NCBI GenBank assembly: GCA_015521735.1
Contig: WANQ01000034.1
Location: 10,201-74,200, forward strand
Reading direction: 5' to 3'
DNA: 64,000 nt
Origin: Pyrodictiaceae archaeon
GTDB taxonomy: Archaea > Thermoproteota > Thermoprotei_A > Sulfolobales > WANQ01
Made by a program: the position numbers and the translations under genes. The notes beneath the pieces are model-generated. The model was not told where the DNA came from. It saw only the letters and a list, made by a program, of their open reading frames with translations, and made no database searches. This document shows positions 19,019 through 28,128 of this stretch, one piece after another; positions within the stretch are counted from its first letter, which is position 1, and each line of letters opens with the position of its first letter.

Positions 19019-19720
19019 TGATGTTGTTTTACTAAGCAAACACACCCTATATCATTACATATGTTGCTTATAAGGAACCAGGACCCTTCTCTTTGCCCTA
19101 AGATAAGTTTATGTTTCCTTCCAATTCAAAACCTCATAACACTTATTAATTACTTTGCCTACTAATATCTAAGTTTTCCAAAAGTATAAGAATAAACATG
19201 AATGCCAAAATACTTATTACTATGACCTACCCTATTAGCTACATTTCAATTCAACGTCTATACTACTACAGTGTGCAATGTAATATGTGTTAACTTAGAG
19301 TTTTGGTTATAGAAAAAGCACACTGCTATGGTTATTCTTGGAACACCTTTGTATCCACACTCTATATAACTTATTGGGGACATACTGTAATTACACTAAT
19401 TACATTATCGTGATTTCTTCTTTCTTTCCTTGTTGCTTTCCTTTCTTTTTTCTATATTCATAAATAACGATGTCCTTTGTCTACCACCCATGTGGCATCT
19501 ACCTCAGCTATTAAAGCGATTATGTGTTGTATTCAAGTATCTTAGTACCTCACACATAGATATAAAAGATTTCATCACCTGAAATACCGTGCCGTTTTTA
19601 TCAGTGCTTGCACCCTTCATCATATGCATTCAGTATATTTTATTAATGACTTCTAGACTTAAGTGTTTTAGGTCTAATAGTCGTCTAATCTCTATTAATC
19701 TCTATCCAGGTGTATAACAT

Positions 19721-19984
19721 ATGGGTTTAAAGGAGGCATTTACTTGTAGAATATACCTTTCTAGTACTAGTCGTAATATTGTTGATAGTATAGTAAGCAA
19801 GATAATGAGTAAGTATAATGTTAATGTTAGGGTCAAAGAAAGCGTTAATGTTAGTGATTTTTACTTGATAGAGTTCACACTTGATAAACCAATTGATCAA
19901 AGAGATGTTGAAGAAATCCTTATCAACGAGGGATTAAGAAACTTTAACTTTAAGGTGGATGTACTGAAGGTTAAGGTCCCGTAG
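19721..19984 (+). CDS. Hypothetical protein (87 aa)
   Basis: Isolated ORF with an ATG start. No motif recognised. Confidence 0.4.
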   Translation: MGLKEAFTCRIYLSSTSRNIVDSIVSKIMSKYNVNVRVKESVNVSDFYLIEFTLDKPIDQRDVEEILINEGLRNFNFKVDVLKVKVP

Positions 19985-20009
19985 AATAAGTGTAAATTTT
20001 TAACGCATA

Positions 20010-20064
20010 TCAGTTACGGCCACATTCTTCATCAAGTTACTCTGTTAAGCCCACCTTTCATCAT
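20010..20064 (-). ncRNA. Box C/D sRNA candidate
   Basis: Minus strand: C AUGAUGA (20064-58), 13 nt, D' CAGA, 5-nt linker, C' UUGAUGA, 15 nt, D CUGA (20013-10). 55 nt, intergenic. Confidence 0.5.
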
Positions 20065-20175
20065 TAATTCCGTTTATGAATAATGTAGCAAATAAGGATT
20101 TGTTTATTGCCTAGGGGGTGGAGCCCCTGGATATCATTGCACCCCATTTGCGGGGTTAGCTCAATCCAGGTATCA

Positions 20176-21945
20176 TTACTGTAGATTTCTAGTTCTGGTT
20201 CTTAAGTGTTTACTCTCTATGTTAACGTGGGACGCGTCTATCTTAACCCATATAAGGTTCTCCTCATCATGGAGTTTTACTAATGCTTCACCGACACCTA
20301 AATTCTTGTATCTTTGCCTCTCTTTTAATGACATTGGTACATACTCAATAACTTTATCTATGTATTCATCAGAGTTATAACTAAATAATACAAAGTTATT
20401 TGTGTTCTCTAGTACTTGTGGAGGCATATCTGTTAATAGTTGTGTTGATGCTATAACACCTATTCCGAGGCTTCTACCCTCTCTATATATTTTAGATAAC
20501 ATGAATATACTTTCATTACTCATTCTCCACGCCTCGTCTATTACTATTATTTTATTTGTTCCCAATTTCATGCCTAAACTACTATACATGGTTATGGTGA
20601 ATTCCTTAGCCAAGATTAATGATGCTAATAGTTGCTTTAGTTTCTCAGGATAACCTCTAAGAGATATCAATAATGCATTAGACGGTGTATAATTATTAAT
20701 GTTTATACCACCACTGTTTGTGTTTGATTCTTTATCTAATTCTCTTAACGCGTCAACAACTCCTATTAAACTATTGTCTAATTTAGAATACTTTTTAATT
20801 AGTGATAGTAATTGCTCTAAACTAATGTGCTTTGACAAGTTATGTAGACTCATTAAAGATCTATAAATATTATACCTTGCTGTATGGCTTAGCCTAAATA
20901 TTTCAGCAATTATATTTGAGACCTCCATAAACCACTTACTTATAATTTTTGGATTATCTATGTTAATATTTAACAATTCATTAAGATTTATACTAAGACC
21001 TTTTATCCCAATATTGTTTAATAAGTATATTAAATCTCCTTTAAAATCTATTACTACTACACTTACATCCCTATACGCCATTTGGGAAACAAGCAAAGCT
21101 AATAGAGTTGTTTTGCCTCTTCCCGTAGGTCCTGCTATGACGAAATGATTGATAATATGTTTCCTTAAGTCTATAAATACTGGTAGCTTGTTATCCATGT
21201 CAATTCCTATGTAAATACCATTATCGAGATTTTCTAATTCGAGTGAACTATAATTTGTTTTATTTACTGGAATAAATGCTCTTAGCGACTTGTCAAGTAA
21301 TACAATTGAGCGTTTACCCAGGATATACCTTTTATTATAGACTAGAGGCAATCCTATTAATTCATTTATGTTAACTCTTTTTAGATTAAGTCCTAGATAT
21401 TGTCTTACTACAATTGCTAAATTATGTTCTAGTCTATTGATTTCATTGGGTATTTCATCACACTTCCCATTCTTAACTATTACAAAGAGTATTGACACTC
21501 TCATAGGTAAATAGTTATTTGTTGTTACGTTTTCATAGATATTGCTTAGCAAGCGCAACTTACTTTGTAGACTAGGATTGTAGTTAAACTCCACCATAAA
21601 CGATAATCTATTGATTTCATTTTCTATTTTCTTAATTAATTTATCCTTAGGATAACGCTCAGTTATTATTATTAAATGAATATCAGGATATAGATAGAGT
21701 ATCTCAGATATTTTACTCACATAATTTAGTATGTACACGTCATCACTTGAAAGCAATGATAAAGGAATGTTTTTTAATGTTAGAATTGAGAAGCCGAAGC
21801 AAGTATTTTCATTGGTATTTTTAACTATGACCATGTTATCTTTTAATGTAACTACATTTGAAGTGAAATCTGAATTACTTTTGCTCTTCTTAATGATGTT
21901 ATGCTTAAATAACTTAATGATTTTTTCAAGTAACATTACTCTCAC
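20176..21945 (-). CDS. VirB4/HerA-superfamily ATPase, CedB-like (no TM segment)
   Basis: 589 aa. Walker A GPTGRGKT, Walker B KIIVIDEAWRM, and REGRSLGIGVIASTQ. Last gene of a tightly overlapped membrane-protein operon. Confidence 0.7.
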   Translation of the reverse strand: MRVMLLEKIIKLFKHNIIKKSKSNSDFTSNVVTLKDNMVIVKNTNENTCFGFSILTLKNIPLSLLSSDDVYILNYVSKISEILYLYPDIHLIIITERYPKDKLIKKIENEINRLSFMVEFNYNPSLQSKLRLLSNIYENVTTNNYLPMRVSILFVIVKNGKCDEIPNEINRLEHNLAIVVRQYLGLNLKRVNINELIGLPLVYNKRYILGKRSIVLLDKSLRAFIPVNKTNYSSLELENLDNGIYIGIDMDNKLPVFIDLRKHIINHFVIAGPTGRGKTTLLALLVSQMAYRDVSVVVIDFKGDLIYLLNNIGIKGLSINLNELLNINIDNPKIISKWFMEVSNIIAEIFRLSHTARYNIYRSLMSLHNLSKHISLEQLLSLIKKYSKLDNSLIGVVDALRELDKESNTNSGGININNYTPSNALLISLRGYPEKLKQLLASLILAKEFTITMYSSLGMKLGTNKIIVIDEAWRMSNESIFMLSKIYREGRSLGIGVIASTQLLTDMPPQVLENTNNFVLFSYNSDEYIDKVIEYVPMSLKERQRYKNLGVGEALVKLHDEENLIWVKIDASHVNIESKHLRTRTRNLQ

Positions 21946-22126
21946 CTTCTATTAAACGTATGTAGAAGAATATTGATGCTATCCCAATTATAATAACAAT
22001 AATGTGTAAGAACACTAGCCAAGTATCTTCATATTTGTTAATTGAAATAACATCAAATACCAGTACTAGCAGAAAGAATAAGGAAAAGATAAACGTCTTA
22101 TCAATATAGCGCTTCATGAATATCAT
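21926..22126 (-). CDS. Small two-TM membrane protein (CedA2/VirB3-like position)
   Basis: 66 aa with two hydrophobic helices. 4-nt overlap with the upstream gene and 20-nt overlap with the ATPase gene. Confidence 0.55.
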   Translation of the reverse strand: MIFMKRYIDKTFIFSLFFLLVLVFDVISINKYEDTWLVFLHIIVIIIGIASIFFYIRLIEGESNVT

Positions 22127-23568
22127 ACCCTAAATATAATTCTAGGAACTCGTGCTCCCAGAACATAGGCTAATCCATATGTTATCATAGTTAATAGTAT
22201 TATGTATGATGTAGGAAATATCAGCATTAATGCCATGAATATAAAGGCGGCTTGTCTAAGGACTTCATCTATGTCCCTACCTTCAGTTAATGTTTTAACA
22301 TATGGAACCTCTATGGATTCAGGTGGTTTTACTTGATTGGGAGAACCCACCAATTCTATTCTTAATAGACCTCTACTTTCATTTAATTCTGCATAGACCA
22401 TCCTTATTGTATTGCTATACCAATTAATCTTCTCAACAAAATACTTTACCGTAGTATTGTTGATTTTAACATCCAGTACATCTAGAGAATTAGGTAAAAG
22501 TAATATCTCATATACACCATTATAATTTAGCGATACATTTAATAGTACATTAATCTTGTTATTGTATTCCATAATTATAGGTATTCCATTATATGTTATT
22601 TTGGGATTACTCAGTACTATAATGCCCTTATAATATTTTAGGATGCCAGGTAGGGTTATTGATGCTTCTTGAAATGTGTTATGTATGACTCTCTCGGATT
22701 CTTTAAAATATTCAATAGGCTTAATGCTGCTTGGCGAAACAACAAAATTCAATCCATAATATTCTGCTTGCAATCTTACCTTAGGAAAAGCTGGAAATCC
22801 TTTATCAGGATAGGAAGCATAAATATAGCCATCGCTTTCAGATAGATACCTAGCTAACAAATTGCCTTGATCATCGTAAATGCTTAAGATAACAAAGGGT
22901 ATCCTATCACCTGCTATAGAACGTACTTCTATACGCGGAAACATCACTCCATACTCAATAAACAGCTTGAGCTTATCTGGAATTGTAGTAGGTATAGCCA
23001 TAAACATCATAAAATTAGGCATTAGTGGTAGACCTATGTAGAATACTATAGTGAATGCCAGTAGACTAGCACCTGCAACCCTAGTTATTCTAAAGGGTAT
23101 AGAGTAAAATAATATAGAAAGTGCTATCATTTTAGTTGCCGTATACCTTACTATAATACTTAATGTAATTATTAATGTTATAATTAATAGAGCATATGAT
23201 AGGAAACCTTTAATTGTGAATAATAGAGACGTGAAAGTATACATTTTAATATATGGTATTTTTGTCATTAATGTTAGAGAAACTTCTATAAATATTATGA
23301 ATACTAGTAGAAGTGCCCATAATGAGCCCGTGGTTAAGTCAAATGTTTCCCAGTCAGCTCCAAGTATTTCATACACATAGTTTATTATTATTATTATGTT
23401 GTTAAAGAATAGAGTTAAAGATGCTGCTAAGAGTCCATCAAATATTAATAAGGGAGCCCATCGTTTAATACCATACCATGGTATGGGTATTGCGTATATA
23501 AGTACACCTAAATAATATGTTAATACTGATAGTGCAAAAGCTGCATTAAGTACGGTATCTATGAACAT
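22123..23568 (-). CDS. Polytopic membrane protein with a large beta-rich extracytoplasmic insert (CedA/VirB6-like position)
   Basis: About 7 N-terminal TM helices, a ~220-aa hydrophilic beta-rich segment and a C-terminal TM pair. ATG 23568 (MFIDTV...) is preceded by AGAGGA; the ORF is open to 23616. Confidence 0.6.
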   Translation of the reverse strand: MFIDTVLNAAFALSVLTYYLGVLIYAIPIPWYGIKRWAPLLIFDGLLAASLTLFFNNIIIIINYVYEILGADWETFDLTTGSLWALLLVFIIFIEVSLTLMTKIPYIKMYTFTSLLFTIKGFLSYALLIITLIITLSIIVRYTATKMIALSILFYSIPFRITRVAGASLLAFTIVFYIGLPLMPNFMMFMAIPTTIPDKLKLFIEYGVMFPRIEVRSIAGDRIPFVILSIYDDQGNLLARYLSESDGYIYASYPDKGFPAFPKVRLQAEYYGLNFVVSPSSIKPIEYFKESERVIHNTFQEASITLPGILKYYKGIIVLSNPKITYNGIPIIMEYNNKINVLLNVSLNYNGVYEILLLPNSLDVLDVKINNTTVKYFVEKINWYSNTIRMVYAELNESRGLLRIELVGSPNQVKPPESIEVPYVKTLTEGRDIDEVLRQAAFIFMALMLIFPTSYIILLTMITYGLAYVLGARVPRIIFRV

Positions 23569-23581
23569 AGTGATATCCTCT

Positions 23582-23848
23582 TTACGGCATGGGTGGCTCT
23601 GGTAAAGGCATTGCAATCAACGACACAATATATGCCACTATTGAAAAGATGGTAGAGCCCATAGCAAGCCAAAAAGCTGCTAATACCGCATCTTCAACTA
23701 GATCCTGTCCTACCCTCTTGACACGCATAAATGGTATTGGCGAACCTTTAATAGCCCATCCTATAACCCATGAAAGAAAGAATAATACCCATGCTATTGT
23801 TGCTATTTGAAACGTTATATTTCTTATTAAATCAATTATGTCACTCAC
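23582..23848 (-). CDS. Small hydrophobic helix-hairpin protein (CedA1/VirB2 pilin-like)
   Basis: 88 aa, GTG start. Two hydrophobic helices (ATIAWVLFFLSWVIGWAI and AVLAAFWLAMGSTIFSIVAYIVSLIA) are joined by a basic loop. First gene of the operon. Confidence 0.5.
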   Translation of the reverse strand: MSDIIDLIRNITFQIATIAWVLFFLSWVIGWAIKGSPIPFMRVKRVGQDLVEDAVLAAFWLAMGSTIFSIVAYIVSLIAMPLPEPPMP

Positions 23849-23927
23849 TATACCCCCACTAAATCGTTATTAGCTTATAAAACGTCACGTACTAACAAGT
23901 AAATAAGGCTCTAGTAGGTGAGGAACA

Positions 23928-25961
23928 GTGAAATGGCCTAAGATAGTGAACATGTACTGGTGCCCCAACTGCAATGTACCAGTACTGTCGAGTACTTGTC
24001 CTAAATGCGGATCAAAAACAATACAATTAAAATTACCACCACCAGGTGATGCTAGACTAGCATTTAAACACGACATACTTAGAATAAATACTCTTCTTGA
24101 AAGGTACTTTAATACAAGAATAGATAAGTTATTTAAGGGAAACAATATCGTATTATTATCAAAGGAGCCTTACATAGATGAAAGGAGAGTTGTAATAGTT
24201 TCAGGAGTAAATATAGGTTCTATCTATTTTAACCCATACTTATATACCGACATGTTTAAACCATCTCCATTACTAGCACATTTATTAATAAATAATAATA
24301 TTACTGATCCCATAAAATTAAATAATGATTATAAAATAGGTGATCTAGTAAGAATAGAAAATAATAGAGATGTAGTCATTGGTATAACTAATAGCTATGT
24401 ATACGTATTAATGAAGGTTAACGAAGGCTTATATAGAGTTAAGGATAAGTCTCCACTAAATGTTCTAGATCGACAATTAGATAAACTTACAAGCATAGAC
24501 AAAAATAATACCCTACAAACAGTAGTTACTGTAAATGAACCGTTTCTACTAAGATATGTATCTGTAAGTGAAGCCTTCATATACTCGATGCACAATAAAA
24601 TTAATAAAACAATCGTATCCTTTTCTGGAGGAAAAGATAGTTTAACAGTACTCCACTTAACACTTGATGCAGGCATAGAACCCGAAGTAGTGTTTAATAA
24701 TACTGGTATAGAATTGCCGGAAACAATTGAAACCGTCTACAATACTATAGAGGAATTCGATTTAAAACTACACATTGCGGATGCTGGAGATCGTTTCTGG
24801 AAAGCAGTTAAGACCTTTGGACCCCCAGCTAGAAACTATCGATGGTGTTGTAAGGTAGTAAAATTAGTTCCATTTGCAAGATTAGCTAAAAGTACCTGGA
24901 AGTATAATGCATTGAATATACTAGGTCAAAGAAGTTATGAATCCTACGATAGGGCTAGAAGTCCAAGGGTTTGGAGAAATAAGTGGGTACCCAATGTACT
25001 TTCAGCTGCTCCCATTCAAGACTGGCCTCAATTCCTGGTATGGCTGTACATATTTAAGAATAAGCTAGATAGTCTAGTAAACTCATTATACTTTAAAGGC
25101 TTCGAGCGAATAGGATGTTACTTATGCCCTGCTAGCTCACTTTACGAGTTCAGTGTTGTTGAGAAAACACATCCAGAGCTATGGGAAAAATGGAAAAAAG
25201 TACTTAGGTCTTTTGGATGTAGTGAGACCTGCATAAAATTAGGGCTGTGGCGATGGATAGGCCCAGCCTCAGTTAAGAAGCAGCTGATGTCAAAGTACAG
25301 AATAGCCTATAGCTGGGAACATGAGTATTCAAATATTATCCCATTAAAAATAAAAAAAGTTAACATCTCAGTGAAAGATAAAAGCATAGTATACACCTTG
25401 GTATTTGACAAACATATTTCAGCACATAGATTTAAGAAACAAGCATCAATTCTCCGATTAAAAGCCAAGGATGAAAAAGTACTCGAAAACAGTAAGTTAA
25501 GAGTAGAAATACAAGGCAATAAGTTAAAACTCACCATCAATGAAACCAAGGAATCACTAGCTTTTGAAACCATGTTAGACGTACTAAAAATACTATATAG
25601 AGCCCAAAACTGTGTAGGATGTGGTAGTTGTACTCTTTGGTGCCCCACAAACGCTATAAGAATAAGCAACGAGAATTACCCAGTGGTAGACACCAAAAAA
25701 TGTATATCCTGTAAAATATGTATACATGAGTGCCCTATAGCTGAATTGATTGTGGATAAACTAATTGCAAGCCTCATACTTAAGAGATATGATGGTTGGA
25801 GAAGAGAAGGTAGGGTAGAGAGTAAAAAGAAGATAGACAACACGATAAAACTATTAGCTGTAATTAAAAGTGCTACATATAGGGATGCTAAAAGTGAGAA
25901 ACCTAGTAGCGATACTGATTATTCTAATATTATCATTAATTTTGATAGAATTGATGCCTAA
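23928..25961 (+). CDS. PP-loop / PAPS-reductase-family protein with an N-terminal zinc ribbon (plus PUA-like region) and a C-terminal 2x[4Fe-4S] ferredoxin domain
   Basis: CPNC..CPKC ribbon; SFSGGKDSLTVLHL PP-loop; NYRWCCKVVKL and GCYLCP motifs; CVGCGSCTLWCP and CISCKICIHECP clusters. Confidence 0.8.
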   Translation: MKWPKIVNMYWCPNCNVPVLSSTCPKCGSKTIQLKLPPPGDARLAFKHDILRINTLLERYFNTRIDKLFKGNNIVLLSKEPYIDERRVVIVSGVNIGSIYFNPYLYTDMFKPSPLLAHLLINNNITDPIKLNNDYKIGDLVRIENNRDVVIGITNSYVYVLMKVNEGLYRVKDKSPLNVLDRQLDKLTSIDKNNTLQTVVTVNEPFLLRYVSVSEAFIYSMHNKINKTIVSFSGGKDSLTVLHLTLDAGIEPEVVFNNTGIELPETIETVYNTIEEFDLKLHIADAGDRFWKAVKTFGPPARNYRWCCKVVKLVPFARLAKSTWKYNALNILGQRSYESYDRARSPRVWRNKWVPNVLSAAPIQDWPQFLVWLYIFKNKLDSLVNSLYFKGFERIGCYLCPASSLYEFSVVEKTHPELWEKWKKVLRSFGCSETCIKLGLWRWIGPASVKKQLMSKYRIAYSWEHEYSNIIPLKIKKVNISVKDKSIVYTLVFDKHISAHRFKKQASILRLKAKDEKVLENSKLRVEIQGNKLKLTINETKESLAFETMLDVLKILYRAQNCVGCGSCTLWCPTNAIRISNENYPVVDTKKCISCKICIHECPIAELIVDKLIASLILKRYDGWRREGRVESKKKIDNTIKLLAVIKSATYRDAKSEKPSSDTDYSNIIINFDRIDA

Positions 25962-27828
25962 TCTAACTAGCTTAGCTAATTTCTATAAATACATTGATTT
26001 AACGTTACTACTATCTTTAATAATAGTACCAGCAGTCATAATTGTAGCATTAGCAACTATAATATGTGAAAGCATAATATTACCTGTCTTAACAATAGTC
26101 GTAATGGCCTTTTATGCAATATTAAGTGGGTTGCAAATGCAATCAACTATGAATAACATTATGCAAAGCACACCAATATTGACTATTTTCAAAGATTTGA
26201 TTCCATTAGATAAACTTAGTCTTGCATTAAGGGTCACTCCTCTAATACTTTTAGCAATAGCAATAGCTGCTGGTATAGCATACAAAGTATTAATTGCAAA
26301 AATTAAGGATAAAACCATAGAAGATAAACTGCTAACAATATTACAACTAATGATAAAACATGGTAAATTCAGGGGTAAGAGAATAAGTGTTACTGAAATA
26401 GTTCATAATATTACCATGCTCTTATCCATACTATTTCTAATAGGTTACGTATTAGTAAAGGTGGGATTGAAGAATACTACAATTGATATATTAACCTTTC
26501 TACCCTTATCCTTAATATTCATTACCTACCTGACTATTCTGGGAAACAAATCCCTAATCACAAATATAATTATTCTAATGTCTTCATGGATGTCTCCAAT
26601 ACTTTTCTTAGCAAGCATACTTGATTTTTGGAGAACCTTTGAAACTACATACTTAGAGCCTTTACACTTTCGTGAAGGAGTACGTTTAGGTTTAATAAAA
26701 GCATTGCTTACACAAGGTGAAGGCAAGGAGTACAACGCCGTATCACATTTCAAAGATCGAGTAATAGTATCATCAACAACAAAGTGGAAATGGGTAGAAG
26801 TTAACAAAGATTATTATTTTGACCCTTATAAGCAGGTAAACCCTCATGTAATGATAAGTGGTACAAGTGGTAGCGGAAAATCATTTACAACAGCAATTAT
26901 GCTAGCTAAAATGTATACAGAACTAGATATAGGATACCTAGTAATAGACTTTCACGGAGAATACTTAGATAAATTAAAAACCATAGGATTGAAGTATATC
27001 AACTATATTAATGCATTACATAATACTATAAACCTATTAGACCTTGAAGGTCAGCCACCAAATCTAAGAGCAAGTGAAATAGCTGACGTAGTAAAAAATC
27101 TATTTAACTTAGGGCCCTTACAAAGACTAATACTACAAAAAGTACTTGAAGAAGCCTATGCTTTAGCAGAAATAACAGACGATCCCAGCACATGGAATAA
27201 AACCGTGAAGAGTTCACACGTAATACAGGCTTACAGAAAACTCCTATCAATGACTGAAAATGAACAAGAACTAAGAGTGTTAAAGAGCTTAGAACCATAT
27301 ATAAAAACTATATCATCAAGCATAATAACCCAATCAAAAATCAACATATCAGAACTATTAAGTAGACCCACAATACTCGATCTATCACACATACCTAGCA
27401 TATTCATAAAAAGACTTTATGTTAGTGCACTACTAATGAAAATATACTACAATCTACCTAGGATAAAGCCGAGTAGACTAACGTACATAGTAATTGATGA
27501 AGCACATAGAGTAATTAAAGAAAATGAAGATGTATTAGTTAAATTATTCGCTGAAAGCCGAAAATATAATATAGGTTTAATAATAGTAACCCAAAATCCC
27601 AAAGATATACCTAACAACATAGTATCAAATACATCACTACAAATATTCTTAAAGCTAGTAGAACCCTCAAATATAGAATACGCTGCTAAAATTTTAGGAG
27701 GATACTCTTCAAATGATAGAATAGATCATATAAAAAGAGCTCTATACTACCTACCCCAATACCATGGCATTGTAAAGGATAGTTTAATTAGGGAGCCGCT
27801 AATCGTTGATCTAACGTGGAGATCTTAG
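25954..27828 (+). CDS. Membrane-anchored HerA/FtsK-superfamily (DUF87-like) ATPase
   Basis: About 250-aa N-terminal multi-TM domain, then Walker A ISGTSGSGKS, LVIDFHGEY, Walker B YIVIDEAHRV and ESRKYNIGLIIVTQNP. ATG 25954 overlaps the upstream stop; the ORF is open from 25870. Confidence 0.75.
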   Translation: MPNLTSLANFYKYIDLTLLLSLIIVPAVIIVALATIICESIILPVLTIVVMAFYAILSGLQMQSTMNNIMQSTPILTIFKDLIPLDKLSLALRVTPLILLAIAIAAGIAYKVLIAKIKDKTIEDKLLTILQLMIKHGKFRGKRISVTEIVHNITMLLSILFLIGYVLVKVGLKNTTIDILTFLPLSLIFITYLTILGNKSLITNIIILMSSWMSPILFLASILDFWRTFETTYLEPLHFREGVRLGLIKALLTQGEGKEYNAVSHFKDRVIVSSTTKWKWVEVNKDYYFDPYKQVNPHVMISGTSGSGKSFTTAIMLAKMYTELDIGYLVIDFHGEYLDKLKTIGLKYINYINALHNTINLLDLEGQPPNLRASEIADVVKNLFNLGPLQRLILQKVLEEAYALAEITDDPSTWNKTVKSSHVIQAYRKLLSMTENEQELRVLKSLEPYIKTISSSIITQSKINISELLSRPTILDLSHIPSIFIKRLYVSALLMKIYYNLPRIKPSRLTYIVIDEAHRVIKENEDVLVKLFAESRKYNIGLIIVTQNPKDIPNNIVSNTSLQIFLKLVEPSNIEYAAKILGGYSSNDRIDHIKRALYYLPQYHGIVKDSLIREPLIVDLTWRS

Positions 27829-27843
27829 CGCTGAATATAGTAT

Positions 27844-28116
27844 TTGGTGATAGACGTGGAGGAAGAACTAACCGTATCTGAAGGTGAAGTTCAAAGCAAG
27901 GAAGCAGAATACGAAGAATCTGAAGAAATATTGATTAGCGAAGAAGCATTTGACACCAATAGCCTAGAAGTATTACTACAGATAACAGATGTATGGAATA
28001 AGGCATTAAATGGACAATTGAGTTTAGATGAAGCATCCACAATTATAAAATCCATATCATCTAGCATAAAAAGAGAAAAACCTGCTAAACGAAGGAGAAG
28101 AAAATCTAGCAAATAA
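27844..28116 (+). CDS. Small protein with an acidic N-terminus and a Lys/Arg C-terminal tail
   Basis: 90 aa, TTG/GTG start 15 nt after the ATPase stop. EEELTVSEGEVQSKEAEYEESEE...KREKPAKRRRRKSSK. The charge layout resembles RNAP subunit Rpo13, but this is unverified. Confidence 0.45.
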   Translation: MVIDVEEELTVSEGEVQSKEAEYEESEEILISEEAFDTNSLEVLLQITDVWNKALNGQLSLDEASTIIKSISSSIKREKPAKRRRRKSSK

Positions 28117-28128
28117 TTAGTAAAGATC

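Noticed and set aside
18966-19720. Replication origin (oriC) in the long AT-rich ORF-free region
   Set aside because: No repeated ORB/mini-ORB-like elements were found, and no orc1/cdc6 or whiP gene is nearby. It has only scattered short inverted repeats.
20150-20172. tRNA gene starting GCGGGGUUAGCUCAAUCCAGG
   Set aside because: No sequence downstream can close the D stem, and there is no anticodon or T arm. It is at best a fragment, and is reported only as an observation.
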